Positions 46,287 through 55,795 of a DNA stretch of 64,000 bases are shown here, one piece after another (the stretch's first letter is position 1; every line of letters begins with the position of its first letter). Where the stretch lies: positions 832,001-896,000 of the forward strand of contig CAVZZO010000001.1 in the NCBI GenBank assembly GCA_963779755.1, read 5' to 3'. The stretch comes from an uncultured Gemmatimonadales bacterium. Its GTDB lineage: Bacteria; Gemmatimonadota; Gemmatimonadetes; Gemmatimonadales; GWC2-71-9. The translations under genes and the position numbers were made by a program. The notes under the pieces were generated by a model, which was given only the letters and a program-made list of their open reading frames with translations, was not told the origin of the DNA and searched no databases.

Positions 46287-46600
46287 CCCCCACCGCTCTC
46301 CCCACCACCCGTCGAGCCGCTCCGCCCTTCCTCTCCCCCGGTCGAGCCCCCCACACCCCTCCCCGCCCGGTCGAACCCTTCACCGCCGCCGCTCCCCGCG
46401 GTTGAAGGTCGAGCGGGCATTGCTCGAGCCGCTTGACCCGCGATGCGAGGTGGAGGCGGGGGCGCGGTTTGACCGGGGGATGGGCGGTGCGGGGCGGTTC
46501 GACCGGTGAGGTGCGGTTGGGAGGAGGGGCTCGACTGGTGGGGGGGAGGGAGTGAGGGGAGGGCTCCACCGGCGGCGGGGCGGAAGGGAAGGGCCAACCG
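46287..46600. repeat. ~300-bp imperfect inverted repeat with ~30-bp periodic GTCGA cores
   Basis: C-rich arm with GTCGAGCC/GTCGAACC at 46311, 46341, 46370; G-rich arm with GGTTTGACC, GGTTCGACC, GGCTCGACT, GGCTCCACC at ~46466, 46496, 46528, 46562. Confidence 0.7.
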
Positions 46601-46601
46601 C

Positions 46602-46629
46602 AAAACCGCCCGGCAGCGGCCGGGCGGTT
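46602..46629 (-). terminator. Rho-independent terminator after the KamA operon
   Basis: Minus strand AACCGCCCGGC-CGCT-GCCGGGCGGTT-TT, ~25 nt after the stop. Confidence 0.75.
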
Positions 46630-46653
46630 GTCCTGCACACCTTCGCAGCTCGA

Positions 46654-47820
46654 TCAGGCGGACTTCCGCTTCGCTGACTTCGATCGCTTCGACCGCTTCT
46701 TGAGCTCGAAGGTCGGCTGGAAGAGGTACTCGGGGTCGAGCCGCTCGGCGGCCACCCCCACCTCTTCCCGCGGCTGCCGGTAGGTATAGCGCTCGCCGCG
46801 GAAGTTCCGGAGTACCACCTCGTCCTCGTTATAGCTCTCCACGTATTCCGGCAACAGCGGGATCTTGCCGCCGCCGCCCGGGGCGTCGATGACGAAATAG
46901 GGGATGGCCAGCCCGCTGGTCCAGCCCCGCAGCGCTTTCATGATCTTGAGGCCTGTTTCCACCGAGGTGCGGAAGTGCTCCGCCCCGGCCACCTGGTCGG
47001 CCATATAGATGTAGTAGGGCCGGACCCGGGCCAGCAGCAGGCGGTGCATCAGCTCCATCATCACCTTGGGCGTGTCGTTGACGCCCTTGAGCAGCACCGT
47101 CTGGCAGCCCAGCGGGATGCCGGCATCGGCCAGCATGCCCAGGGCCTTCATCGCCGCCGGCGTCAGCTCGTCGGGGTGATTGAAATGGGTGTTGATGAAG
47201 AGCGGGTGGAACTCATGCAGCATGGCCGTGAGCTCCGGCGTCACCCGCTCCGGCAGATGGCAGGGCACCCGGCTTCCGATCCGCAGGATCTGGAGGTGCT
47301 TGATGCCCCGCAGCCGGGTGAGGATTTCCTTCAGCCGGCGGTCGGACAGCAGGAGCGGATCGCCGCCCGACATGATGACGTCGCGGATCTCGGTATGCGA
47401 TTCGAGATACTTGAAGGCCGACTCGAACTGCGACATCGGGATCTTTTCGGGGTCGCCCACTTTGCGCCGCCGGGTGCAGAAGCGGCAGTAGCTGGCGCAG
47501 ACCGGGGAGACCAGGAACAGCGCCCGGTCGGGATAGCGGTGGGTGATGTTGGGCACCGGGCTGTCGGCGTCTTCGCCCAGCGAGTCCACAATGCCGTCGA
47601 CCACCTCCAGCTCCTGTAACGTGGGGACGTACTGGCGCCAGATCGGGTCGCCCGGCTCCTTGATCAGATCCACCATCGCGGGCGAGATGCGGAACTCGAA
47701 GTTCTCGGCAGCCTGCCGCAGCTGGTCGATATGCTCGACATGCTCCGGCCCGAAGCGCTGTGCCAGCGCCTCCAGGCTGCGGATGGAGTTCTGCTTGAGC
47801 AGTTCTTGCCACGTCGCCAT
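46654..47820 (-). CDS. kamA: KamA family radical SAM protein (lysine 2,3-aminomutase-like)
   Basis: HRYPDR, CASYCRFCTRRR, SGGDPL, HFNHP, QTVLLKGVND, DAPGGGGKIP (PLP lysine). Confidence 0.9.
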   Translation of the reverse strand: MATWQELLKQNSIRSLEALAQRFGPEHVEHIDQLRQAAENFEFRISPAMVDLIKEPGDPIWRQYVPTLQELEVVDGIVDSLGEDADSPVPNITHRYPDRALFLVSPVCASYCRFCTRRRKVGDPEKIPMSQFESAFKYLESHTEIRDVIMSGGDPLLLSDRRLKEILTRLRGIKHLQILRIGSRVPCHLPERVTPELTAMLHEFHPLFINTHFNHPDELTPAAMKALGMLADAGIPLGCQTVLLKGVNDTPKVMMELMHRLLLARVRPYYIYMADQVAGAEHFRTSVETGLKIMKALRGWTSGLAIPYFVIDAPGGGGKIPLLPEYVESYNEDEVVLRNFRGERYTYRQPREEVGVAAERLDPEYLFQPTFELKKRSKRSKSAKRKSA

Positions 47821-47823
47821 GAG

Positions 47824-48342
47824 CTACCTGCCTTGTGGACCGGCGGAAGAGGGACCGAGCGGCTTCGTATAGACGATCTGGTGATCGCCCGGGGCGTAGA
47901 AATCCGGAATCCGGGCCACGGCGGTGTAGCCGCAGGACCGGTAGAACGCCTGGGTGGGCGCGTAGAGGTCGCGTCCGCCCGTTTCCACCACGAGCATCCG
48001 CGCCCGGCCTGCCAGGCGGCGTTCCATCTGGGCGATGAGGGCGCGGCCCACCCCGGCACGCTGCGCGGCGGGATCCACCACGATCCAGTAGAGATCGTAG
48101 GTGCCCTCGGTGCAGGGCGTCGGCCCCCAGCAGATCCAGCCCGCCAGCGCGCCGTCGACCACGGCGCCCAGCGTCTCGTAATCCCGCTGCCCCGCCACCA
48201 GCGAGGCATCGAATACCTCCAGCGCCACCAGGACTTCCTCCTCGCGGAAGAAGCTGGTCGCCCGGACCATCCGTTCCACTGCGGGGCGATCGGCCGCGGT
48301 GAGCGGCCGCAACCCGGGCTTCAGTTCGGCGCGTGCGGTCAT
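47824..48342 (-). CDS. GNAT N-acetyltransferase
   Basis: GPTPCTEGTYDLYWIVV, QRAGVGRAL, VETGG..Y.PT..FY..GY, DFYAPGD. Confidence 0.9.
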   Translation of the reverse strand: MTARAELKPGLRPLTAADRPAVERMVRATSFFREEEVLVALEVFDASLVAGQRDYETLGAVVDGALAGWICWGPTPCTEGTYDLYWIVVDPAAQRAGVGRALIAQMERRLAGRARMLVVETGGRDLYAPTQAFYRSCGYTAVARIPDFYAPGDHQIVYTKPLGPSSAGPQGR

Positions 48343-49343
48343 GCGCGGGGCTCCGTCAGGGTGGTGGCGGCCTGGCGCGAGGCGGCGCGGTCGAGCGTCT
48401 CCCGGATCACCTGCGCCAGCAGCTCCTCGTAATCCCAGCTCTCGGCCTGGGCCATTCGGGCCAGGCCGGCATCGACTGAAAGATCCGCGTTGGGATTTAC
48501 CTCGAGCACGAACGGCCGCCCCGCCTCGTCCACCCGCAGATCCACCCGGCCGTAACCCTCGCAATTCGTCAGCAATTCCCAGGCCCGCCGGGCCGCATCC
48601 GCAAGCCGGGCTTGGAGATCGGGGTCGATCCGCGCGGGGCAGATGGGAATGGTGCCGCGGTCTTCTTCGCTGCCCTCTTCCCACTTGGCGGAGTAGGTGA
48701 CGATGGGCCATCGGCTCGCCGGCATGGCGGCGAAATCGATTTCCGAGATGGGAAGCATCTTCCGGCCGACGAAGCCCACGTTGAATTCCCGCCCCGCCAC
48801 ATACTCCTGCACCAGCACGTCCTCCCACTGCTCGGCCATCCGGGCCACCCGGTCACGCAGCCCTTCGGCGGTGGTGCAGACCGCCCCCACGTCCACGCCC
48901 AGGCTGGCGTCTTCCGCCGCCGGCTTGACGATTGCCGGCAGGCCGACCCCGTCGGGAATGGTGTTGCCTCTCGCCAGTCCGAAGGGCGGGACCGGGATGT
49001 TTTCCGACTGAAGCAGGGCGTTCGCCACGTGTTTCCGGTGGCAGATCGCGGTGGCCCAGGCGCGGCAGCCGGTGAAGGGCACGCCGCACAGCTCCAGGGT
49101 GCCGACCACCCAGTCCTCGAACCGCGAATGGCCGTCCAGCCCCTCACAGAGGTTGAAGATCACGTCGGCCCTCCGGACGGCGGTGAGCCAGCGCCAGTCG
49201 CCCGGACGGATCGGCACCAGGGTGCAGGCGTGGCCCCGCCGGCGGAGGCAGGTCTGCACGATGCGGACGCTTTCCACCGCCGCGGCGATGTCGCGCTGAT
49301 CCCAGTGCACGCCGCCCGGATCGAACAGAATGGCGACCTTCAC
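48339..49343 (-). CDS. D-Ala-D-Ala ligase-like ATP-grasp enzyme (copy 2)
   Basis: FNLCEG, PFTG, VKPAAEDASLG, EYVAGREFNV, GRVDLR, LEVNPN; GTGA overlap. Confidence 0.9.
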   Translation of the reverse strand: MKVAILFDPGGVHWDQRDIAAAVESVRIVQTCLRRRGHACTLVPIRPGDWRWLTAVRRADVIFNLCEGLDGHSRFEDWVVGTLELCGVPFTGCRAWATAICHRKHVANALLQSENIPVPPFGLARGNTIPDGVGLPAIVKPAAEDASLGVDVGAVCTTAEGLRDRVARMAEQWEDVLVQEYVAGREFNVGFVGRKMLPISEIDFAAMPASRWPIVTYSAKWEEGSEEDRGTIPICPARIDPDLQARLADAARRAWELLTNCEGYGRVDLRVDEAGRPFVLEVNPNADLSVDAGLARMAQAESWDYEELLAQVIRETLDRAASRQAATTLTEPRA

Positions 49344-50449
49344 GGCGCCACTCCGGCCCCGAGCGGCCGGCCGCTGATCCGCCGCCAGGCGATATCGGCG
49401 ACGGCCTGAATCAGTTCCTCGTAGCTCATCCCCGCCGCGCGCGCGGCCTTGGGGAAGCAGGAATTGTCCCTGGGGTCTGGCAGAATGCCCGGAAGCGGAT
49501 TGAGCTCCACCACCATCGGGTGCCCCGTGCCGTCGCAGCGGATGTCCACCCGGCACCAGTCGCGGCAGCCCAGGGTGCGGTAGCCGGCCAGCGCGGCGGA
49601 GCGGATCTCCGCTGCCAGCGGCTCGGGAATCCGCGCCGGGCACTCGAAGATCTCCAGCGGATTGTCCAGCGTGTCCCAGAGCCACTTCGCCTCGTAGCCG
49701 TAGACCGGAGGCGCGCCGGGCGGCAGGCAGTCGAAATTGAATCCCACCAGGGGGAGACAGCGGGCCTCGTCGCCATTGCCGATGATCGCCACGGTGAACT
49801 CGGGGCCGGGCAGCCAGGCCTCGATCAGCACCGGCTGGCTGTAAGTGGCGAGCAGATACTCCACCCGGGCCACCAGCTCGGCTCGGTTCGCGCACAGGTT
49901 GCTGATGGCGATCCCCTTGCCCGAGCCCTCCGCCACCGGCTTTACGAACAGCGGGAACGGCAGGGAGACGTTGCGGGCGTCGGCCACCGAGCGCGCCACC
50001 AGGAAGGGAGCGGTGGGCACGCCGTGGAAGCTCAGGATCTCCTTGGTCCGCCCCTTGTCCAGGGTCAGCGCCAGGGCCAGCGGGTCGGAGGCGGAGTAGG
50101 GGATGCCGAAGAACTCGCAGATGGCGGGGACGTGGCCCTCGCGGTTGGGCCCGTAGAGGCCCTCGGCGATGTTGAAGACGAAATCGGGCCGCGCCTGTGC
50201 CAGCCGGGCGGGAAACTCCCTGGTGGCTTCCAGGCGGATCACCTCGCCCACACCCAGCAGCGCCTGCTCGACCGCGGCAATGGTGGCGGGTTCGTCCCAC
50301 TCGGCGTAGAGATCGGGTTGCTCGAGATCGGTGCGGAGCGCGCGTTGCGGCGAGAGGCCGGCGGATAGAGGAGAGGACAAGTCCGCCCCGGTCGGAGTGA
50401 CCGGCGCCTCTGGCTTCTGGTTGTAGGCGAGACCTATTCGGACGCCCAA
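49340..50449 (-). CDS. D-Ala-D-Ala ligase-like ATP-grasp enzyme (copy 1)
   Basis: AEWD, FNIAEG, LDKGRTK, VKPVAEGSGKG, RVDIR, ELNPLPG; TTG start after AAGGGG. Confidence 0.9.
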   Translation of the reverse strand: MGVRIGLAYNQKPEAPVTPTGADLSSPLSAGLSPQRALRTDLEQPDLYAEWDEPATIAAVEQALLGVGEVIRLEATREFPARLAQARPDFVFNIAEGLYGPNREGHVPAICEFFGIPYSASDPLALALTLDKGRTKEILSFHGVPTAPFLVARSVADARNVSLPFPLFVKPVAEGSGKGIAISNLCANRAELVARVEYLLATYSQPVLIEAWLPGPEFTVAIIGNGDEARCLPLVGFNFDCLPPGAPPVYGYEAKWLWDTLDNPLEIFECPARIPEPLAAEIRSAALAGYRTLGCRDWCRVDIRCDGTGHPMVVELNPLPGILPDPRDNSCFPKAARAAGMSYEELIQAVADIAWRRISGRPLGAGVAP

Positions 50450-50454
50450 ACGGT

Positions 50455-50541
50455 CCCCTTTAAAAAAAGGTCGCCTCCTGCAGTGAGGCGCGGATCGTTG
50501 TTTGGCGCCAACAAATTAAGAAAAAGCCGACGCGGACACAA
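50455..50541 (-). promoter_or_regulatory. Putative sigma70 promoter, palindrome and terminator-like leader of the ATP-grasp/KamA operon
   Basis: TTGTGT-17-TAATTT; near-palindrome TTGTTGGCGCCAAACAA; CGCCTC-N7-GAGGCG-ACC-T7 abutting the SD. Confidence 0.4.
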
Positions 50542-50595
50542 TAGATTTTTCGAAAGAGTTTTCCGGATCGGGCCGGAGAGCGATCCTCAGTCCTC

Positions 50596-51102
50596 TCAGC
50601 TTTCTCTGCCTCGTCGGATGCGCTCGTAGGTGCGGAACGAAAGGTCCCATGCATTCTGCGCGTCCGCCGGATGCCGCTCTTCCGCCACCAGCCGCCAGTG
50701 ATCGGGGTTCCACTGGGGGAAATAGACCGTCCCGGGGATTTCCGCCTCGACGATGGTCAGCACCATCCGGTCGGCGCGGGGCAGGGCCAGGCGGAAGATC
50801 TCCGCCCCGCCCAGCACGAAGACCTCCGGCGCGCCCTGGACGCGCGCCAGCGCCTCCTCCAGCGAACCCGCCGTTTCGGCGCCGGGAGCGGAGAAGACCG
50901 CATCCCGGGATATGACGATGTTCTGACGCCGGGGCAGCGGCTTCCGCTCGATCGAGTCGAAGGTCCTCCGGCCCATGATGACGGGATGGCCGGTGGTGAG
51001 CTGCTTGAAATGCCGGAGATCGGCGGGGAGGTGCCAGGGGAGCTGATTGTCCCGGCCGATCACCCGGTTCCGGGCCATGGCGGCCACCAGAGTGACCGTC
51101 AT
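50596..51102 (-). CDS. folA: Dihydrofolate reductase
   Basis: [45 protein letters not shown]. Confidence 0.96.
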   Translation of the reverse strand: MTVTLVAAMARNRVIGRDNQLPWHLPADLRHFKQLTTGHPVIMGRRTFDSIERKPLPRRQNIVISRDAVFSAPGAETAGSLEEALARVQGAPEVFVLGGAEIFRLALPRADRMVLTIVEAEIPGTVYFPQWNPDHWRLVAEERHPADAQNAWDLSFRTYERIRRGRES

Positions 51103-51893
51103 ACCGCGATGGGCGCGCGGATGCCGGGGTGCGGGTCGTACTGCTCCAGCAGGAAATCCTGATACTGGAAATCAAAGAGCGAGCGGACCTCGGGATTGAG
51201 CCGCATCCGGGGCAGCGCCCGGGGCTCGCGGGTGAGCTGGAGCCGGACCGCGTCCAGGTGGTTCAGGTAGAGATGCGCATCGCCCAGCGCCAGGATGAAC
51301 TCCCCCGCTTCCAGCCCGCTGACCTGGGCGACCATCATCGTGAGCAGGGCGTAGGAGGCGATGTTGAACGGCACCCCCAGGAAGACATCGGCGCTGCGCT
51401 GGTAGAGCTGGCAGGAGAGCCGGCCCTCGCTTACGTAGAACTGGAAGAGGGCGTGGCAGGGGGCCAGCGCCATCCGGGGGATGTCGGCCACATTCCAGGC
51501 GCTCACCACCAGGCGGCGCGAGTCGGGCCGCTCGCGGATTTCCGCCAGTACCTGGCTGATCTGGTCGATGTGCCGGCCATCCGGCGCCGGCCAGGACCGC
51601 CACTGATATCCGTAGACCGGACCCAGCTCGCCTTCGGCGTCCGCCCACTCGTTCCAGATGCTCACCCCCTGCTCGGTGAGATAGCGGATGTTGGTCTCTC
51701 CCCGCAGGAACCAGAGCAGCTCGTAGATGACCGACTTGAGGTGGACCTTCTTGGTGGTGAGGAGCGGAAACCCCGCCTGCAGGTCGAACCGCATCTGATG
51801 GCCGAAGATGCTCAGCGTGCCCGTGCCGGTGCGGTCGCTCTTCTCCCGGCCGTCCTCGAGGATGTGGCGGAGAAGAGAGAGGTAGGTCTGCAT
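51099..51893 (-). CDS. thyA: Thymidylate synthase
   Basis: [38 protein letters not shown]; 264 aa. Confidence 0.97.
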   Translation of the reverse strand: MQTYLSLLRHILEDGREKSDRTGTGTLSIFGHQMRFDLQAGFPLLTTKKVHLKSVIYELLWFLRGETNIRYLTEQGVSIWNEWADAEGELGPVYGYQWRSWPAPDGRHIDQISQVLAEIRERPDSRRLVVSAWNVADIPRMALAPCHALFQFYVSEGRLSCQLYQRSADVFLGVPFNIASYALLTMMVAQVSGLEAGEFILALGDAHLYLNHLDAVRLQLTREPRALPRMRLNPEVRSLFDFQYQDFLLEQYDPHPGIRAPIAV

Positions 51894-51907
51894 GGTTGCT
51901 ACTCTAA

Positions 51908-52036
51908 GGGGAAAGGCAACGGGGGAAAAGGGGACAGGGAAGGGACCAGGAACCAGGATTCGGGATTCAGGGCCTCTCGTCGCTTCCCCCGCTTCCCTGG
52001 CTTCCACCGTTTCCCGGTTCCCTGTTCCCGTTTCCC
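51908..52036. repeat. 7-mer/9-mer purine-pyrimidine inverted repeat
   Basis: GGGGAAA/GGGACAG/GGAACCA/GGATTC-type units on the left and GCTTCCC/GTTTCCC/GTTCCC units on the right. Confidence 0.7.
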
Positions 52037-53667
52037 GCTGGTGTCGCCGCCAGCTCCATCCTCCACCGCGCGTATCCCCCCGTTTTCTCGATCTCCCGCA
52101 GTGCTGCCGCGATATCCTCCGGTAGCGGCGTAGCCCCCCTGCCTACCTTCAGCCGCTCGAACGGCCCCTCGGCACCCGGCAGCTTCACCCCGGGGTTCAT
52201 GATTCCCGCCGGATCGAAGGCCTGTTTGACGCGGCGGAACAGGTCCACGACCTCCCCGCCGTAGAATTTCTCCAGCAGGCCGGGCCGGAGCCGCCCGTCT
52301 CCGTGTTCCCCCGATGCACTGCCGCCGAGTGCCCGGAGCCCCTGGCTCACGGAATGGTAAAGCCCGGCCACCTGCTGTTCCCAGCCTTCCTGCTCCACCG
52401 GCGCCAGCAGGTTGACGTGCAGATTACCGTCGCCCGCGTGACCGAAGATCACCACCGGCAGCCCTCGCTCCCCGGCCGCTTCCCGTACCAGGCGGATGTA
52501 ATCGCCCATGCGCTCCACCGGGACGGTACCGTCCTCGATCACCTGGAGGGAGCGCCGGCCGCGCGGCAGCCCGGCGATGATCGGGCTGGCCGCATGGCGC
52601 AGCGCCCAGAGCCGGCGCTCCTCTTCGGGGGTAACCGCGGTCGCCGTCTCCGCCGCCCAGGGGGCGGTGCGCCGGACCGCGTCGCCCACGGTACCCCGCA
52701 CCGTCTGCTCCGAGGCTCCCTCGAATTCCACCAGCAGCACGGCCTGGGTGTCCGGCGGCAGCCCCTGGAGCGCCGGATGCCCCGCCGGCCGGAGCAGGTC
52801 GAGGAAGGTGCGGTCCAGCAGTTCCAGGGCGCTCGGGTTCAATGGAAGCAAGGCCTCGACGGCGGCGGTCAGGTCGTCCAGCCCGCGGAGCGAGATGCGC
52901 AGTCCGGCGCGCGCGGCGGGGAGGGGGTCGAGCCGCCACTCCGTCCCGGTGATGAAACCCAGGGTGCCCTCCGCGCCGATCACCAGGTCGAGCAGGTCGC
53001 CGCTCTGGAGCCAGGCGTCGAGCGCATAGCCCGAGGAGTTCTTCCGGGTAGCGGGGAAGGCCCGGGCGACCGCCGAGGCACGTTCCCGGATGACGGGCGC
53101 CGCCTCGGATTCGAACCGCTGGACCGCCAGCACGGCCGGGTCCGGAGCGGCGCCGCGGCGCAGCCAGGTGGCCTGACCCTCGGCGGTGAGCAGCGCGCAC
53201 CCGGCCGCCCACGGGCGCACGCTCCCGTAGCGGACCGATCGCGCGCCCGATGCATTGGTAGAGAGTATCCCGCCCAACGTGGCCCAGCCGCCGCTCGAGG
53301 GATCGGGCGGCAGCCGCAACCCATGGCGCGCCGCCTCGGTATCGAGCTCCGCGAGAGTCACCGAAGGTGAGGCGCTGGCGCGCCGCCCCTCCCGGTCGAT
53401 CTCCAGCACGCGGGGCTCCAGCTGGGTCAGGTCCACGACCACGCCAGGCCCGACGCTGCTGCCGGTGACCGCGCTGCCCGCCCCGCGCGGCGTCAGTCCC
53501 GCTCCCGCTTTCGCGGCCCAGCGGACCAGCTCCGCCAGCTGCCCGGTCGTGCGCGGGACGGCCACGGCTTCGGGAATAATCCGGTAGATCCCCGCGCCCT
53601 CCGCATAGGCGGCACGGACGCGCGGGGCGTCATCAAGGAACGAGGCGAGGCTGGCGGGCGGCTTCAT
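51967..53667 (-). CDS. FAD-binding oxidoreductase (GlcD/D-lactate dehydrogenase-like)
   Basis: [50 protein letters not shown]. Confidence 0.9.
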   Translation of the reverse strand: MKPPASLASFLDDAPRVRAAYAEGAGIYRIIPEAVAVPRTTGQLAELVRWAAKAGAGLTPRGAGSAVTGSSVGPGVVVDLTQLEPRVLEIDREGRRASASPSVTLAELDTEAARHGLRLPPDPSSGGWATLGGILSTNASGARSVRYGSVRPWAAGCALLTAEGQATWLRRGAAPDPAVLAVQRFESEAAPVIRERASAVARAFPATRKNSSGYALDAWLQSGDLLDLVIGAEGTLGFITGTEWRLDPLPAARAGLRISLRGLDDLTAAVEALLPLNPSALELLDRTFLDLLRPAGHPALQGLPPDTQAVLLVEFEGASEQTVRGTVGDAVRRTAPWAAETATAVTPEEERRLWALRHAASPIIAGLPRGRRSLQVIEDGTVPVERMGDYIRLVREAAGERGLPVVIFGHAGDGNLHVNLLAPVEQEGWEQQVAGLYHSVSQGLRALGGSASGEHGDGRLRPGLLEKFYGGEVVDLFRRVKQAFDPAGIMNPGVKLPGAEGPFERLKVGRGATPLPEDIAAALREIEKTGGYARWRMELAATPAGNGNREPGNGGSQGSGGSDERP

Positions 53668-53729
53668 ACCTGGAATCTAGGGCCTTTCCCCCTTTCCCAT
53701 TTCCCCTTTCCCCCCACTAAGTTCCCCCC

Positions 53730-54554
53730 ATGGCAGACGGGACCCGCGCTCAGCTCATCCACCTGGAGGTGGACCGCAGGCTGGGGCACGAATGGGACGA
53801 ATGGGACGGCAACCCGCTTCCCAACGCGGGCAACTTCGATTCCCCGCCGTCGCTTTTCTGGCTCTGGTCGGCCGGGGCGCTGGCCGCCGGGCTGGCGCTG
53901 ACCGCGGGCGCGGTCTTCCTTTTGGCGCCCCGGGTCGGCACGCTGCATCCGGCTCTGCCCTCCCTCCTGTGGCTCGGGCTCGGCGCGGTCGCCATTGCGG
54001 CATGGCTCTGGTGGCTACTGCTGTTTCTCTCCTGGCGGCTGGCCCGGCCGATCCTGCCCGAGCGGCTGGCCGAGCGGGGGCCGTTTCTTCGCCTGATGAG
54101 CCTCACCTCCCGCCTGGCCCAGCTCCGTGGCCGGCGCGACTGGGTGGAAAACGCGGCCGTGAAGGTGTACGACGATCTGGCGTCCCGCCGCGGCCGCCGG
54201 GTGGGCAAGGGCGAGTTGCTGCTCCTCATTCCCCGCTGCCTTTCCAAGCAGACTCTGGATGGCGTTCTCAAGATCGCCGGCCGCTACGAAGTGCCCGTCT
54301 TCGTGGCCACCCGGGGGCAGCTGGCACGCCGGGTCATCCGGGAGCGGCGGCCCCGGGCGGTGGTGGCCGTCGCCTGCGAGCGGGACATGGTCACCGGCTT
54401 GCGCGATGTGGCCGGCCGGATCCCCGTCCTCGGCCTCACCATGACGCTTCCGTCGGGGCCGTGCCGCGACGCCGGACTCGACCTGCCCAAGCTGGAGAAC
54501 TGGGTCCGCACCTATCTCGGCAACGGCGACGAGCCCCTGACGCCCCCTTCCTGA
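53730..54554 (+). CDS. DUF116 domain membrane protein
   Basis: Two TM segments, then LLLIPRCL, VAVACERDM, GPCRD. Confidence 0.85.
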   Translation: MADGTRAQLIHLEVDRRLGHEWDEWDGNPLPNAGNFDSPPSLFWLWSAGALAAGLALTAGAVFLLAPRVGTLHPALPSLLWLGLGAVAIAAWLWWLLLFLSWRLARPILPERLAERGPFLRLMSLTSRLAQLRGRRDWVENAAVKVYDDLASRRGRRVGKGELLLLIPRCLSKQTLDGVLKIAGRYEVPVFVATRGQLARRVIRERRPRAVVAVACERDMVTGLRDVAGRIPVLGLTMTLPSGPCRDAGLDLPKLENWVRTYLGNGDEPLTPPS

Positions 54555-54572
54555 TACGTCCGAGGAGCCTGC

Positions 54573-55241
54573 ATGTTTTTCCTGCTCCATGGCGGCGCTG
54601 AAGCTGCCGAGACTTTCCTTGGCTACAATCTCCCCCACTGGCACGCGCTGATCAACGATGCTCCCGCCGCGCTCCTGGTTGCGGCCGTCGGCTTCGAGCT
54701 GCTGGGGCTTGCCACCCGGCGCCGGGATTTCTTCGTCGTCAGTTTCTGGACGCTGGTGGCCGGCGTTCTTGGCGCGGCAGGGGCGGTGATCACCGGCCTC
54801 CTCGCCTCCGACGACATCGATCACGGAGAGGCGATCCACCAGATCATGGAGCGTCACGAGACCTGGGGCATCGTCACGCTCTGTGTGTTCGGGGTGCTGG
54901 CGCTCTGGCGCATATTCCGGGAGCGGAAGATGGGCTCGGGCGAGCGGATCGTCGCTTTCCTGGTCGGCATCGCCGGCACGGTTGTCCTGGTGAATACCGG
55001 ACGCATGGGGGGAGAAATGGTGCTGGATCACGCTGCGGGAACTCCGACCGCGGCATTGGAGCAGGAGGTCAGGAACCGGGCGCTGGGGCATCATCACGAG
55101 GAAGGGGAGGATGCGGACCACGACGAGATGATCCCCGCCCAGGTTCCCGATTCGACCGGTGCGGATTCGGCCAGGGCCGATTCCACCGCCCCGCCCGCCG
55201 GGCACACCCATCCGCCGGGCACGCCGCCGCATCAAGATTAG
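54573..55241 (+). CDS. DUF2231-like membrane protein with His-rich C-terminal tail
   Basis: WHALIND.P, AVITGLLA, ERHE, TGRMGGEMV; GAGGAG SD. Confidence 0.8.
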   Translation: MFFLLHGGAEAAETFLGYNLPHWHALINDAPAALLVAAVGFELLGLATRRRDFFVVSFWTLVAGVLGAAGAVITGLLASDDIDHGEAIHQIMERHETWGIVTLCVFGVLALWRIFRERKMGSGERIVAFLVGIAGTVVLVNTGRMGGEMVLDHAAGTPTAALEQEVRNRALGHHHEEGEDADHDEMIPAQVPDSTGADSARADSTAPPAGHTHPPGTPPHQD

Positions 55242-55318
55242 AGAAAGGGGAAAACAACTGAGGACTGAGCGCGAGTGAGACTCAGTACCTTTCTCTCACT
55301 CCTTTTCTCCTTTCTCTT
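55241..55318. repeat. 7-mer inverted repeat between convergent genes
   Basis: GAGAAAGGGGAAAA..CTGAGGACTGAG / CTCAGTAC..TTTTCTCCTTTCTC. Confidence 0.65.
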
Positions 55319-55793
55319 TCCCATGCCTGGCGGCGAGGGTATCGACGATCTCCCGCACCCGTACCGCCGTCGGATGACCGGGCGGCACATCCCGCTCCAG
55401 TTCGCGCTCGGGCTCCGAGGGATCGGCCAGCGGGCGGTAGACGGTTTCCACGGTGAGATGGCTCTGGCGCGGCGGCCCCGGGTCGGCCCAGCCCCGGACC
55501 TTCACCACGCCGGCCCCGAAATGCTCTCCTCGCGCCTTGCGCTGGGTCGTGGTGTCGAACCAGGCGGTTTCCAGATAGCCGTCCCGGCTCGATGCCAGTG
55601 TTACCGGAAAGCTGTCCCGGCGCAGCGCCTCGGCCAGGAGGTCGATGGCTTCTCCCGGAGAGACCAGCAGGTCGGCCTGAACCGCACCCGGCCGGGGCAG
55701 GAACCCCGGCCGGGTGGTGTTGGGATGGCAGGCAGCAGCCGCCAGCAGCCACGCCACCCCGCCCATTCTGCCGACTCTGCCCATTCTGCCCAC
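55296..55793 (-). CDS. Putative lipoprotein
   Basis: WLLAAAAC lipobox-like, DGYLETAWFD; start uncertain because it lies in a 9-mer repeat. Confidence 0.7.
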   Translation of the reverse strand: MGRMGRVGRMGGVAWLLAAAACHPNTTRPGFLPRPGAVQADLLVSPGEAIDLLAEALRRDSFPVTLASSRDGYLETAWFDTTTQRKARGEHFGAGVVKVRGWADPGPPRQSHLTVETVYRPLADPSEPERELERDVPPGHPTAVRVREIVDTLAARHGKEKGEKE

Positions 55794-55795
55794 TC

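Noticed and set aside
46654..47820. EF-P modification enzyme EpmB
   Set aside because: No efp or epmA nearby; the operon context points to small-molecule synthesis. Not fully excluded without a phylogeny
48339..50449. Cell-wall ddl or vanA/vanB resistance ligases
   Set aside because: They lack the N-terminal GGxSxE and LHG..GEDG motifs, and there is no mur/fts or vanHX/RS context
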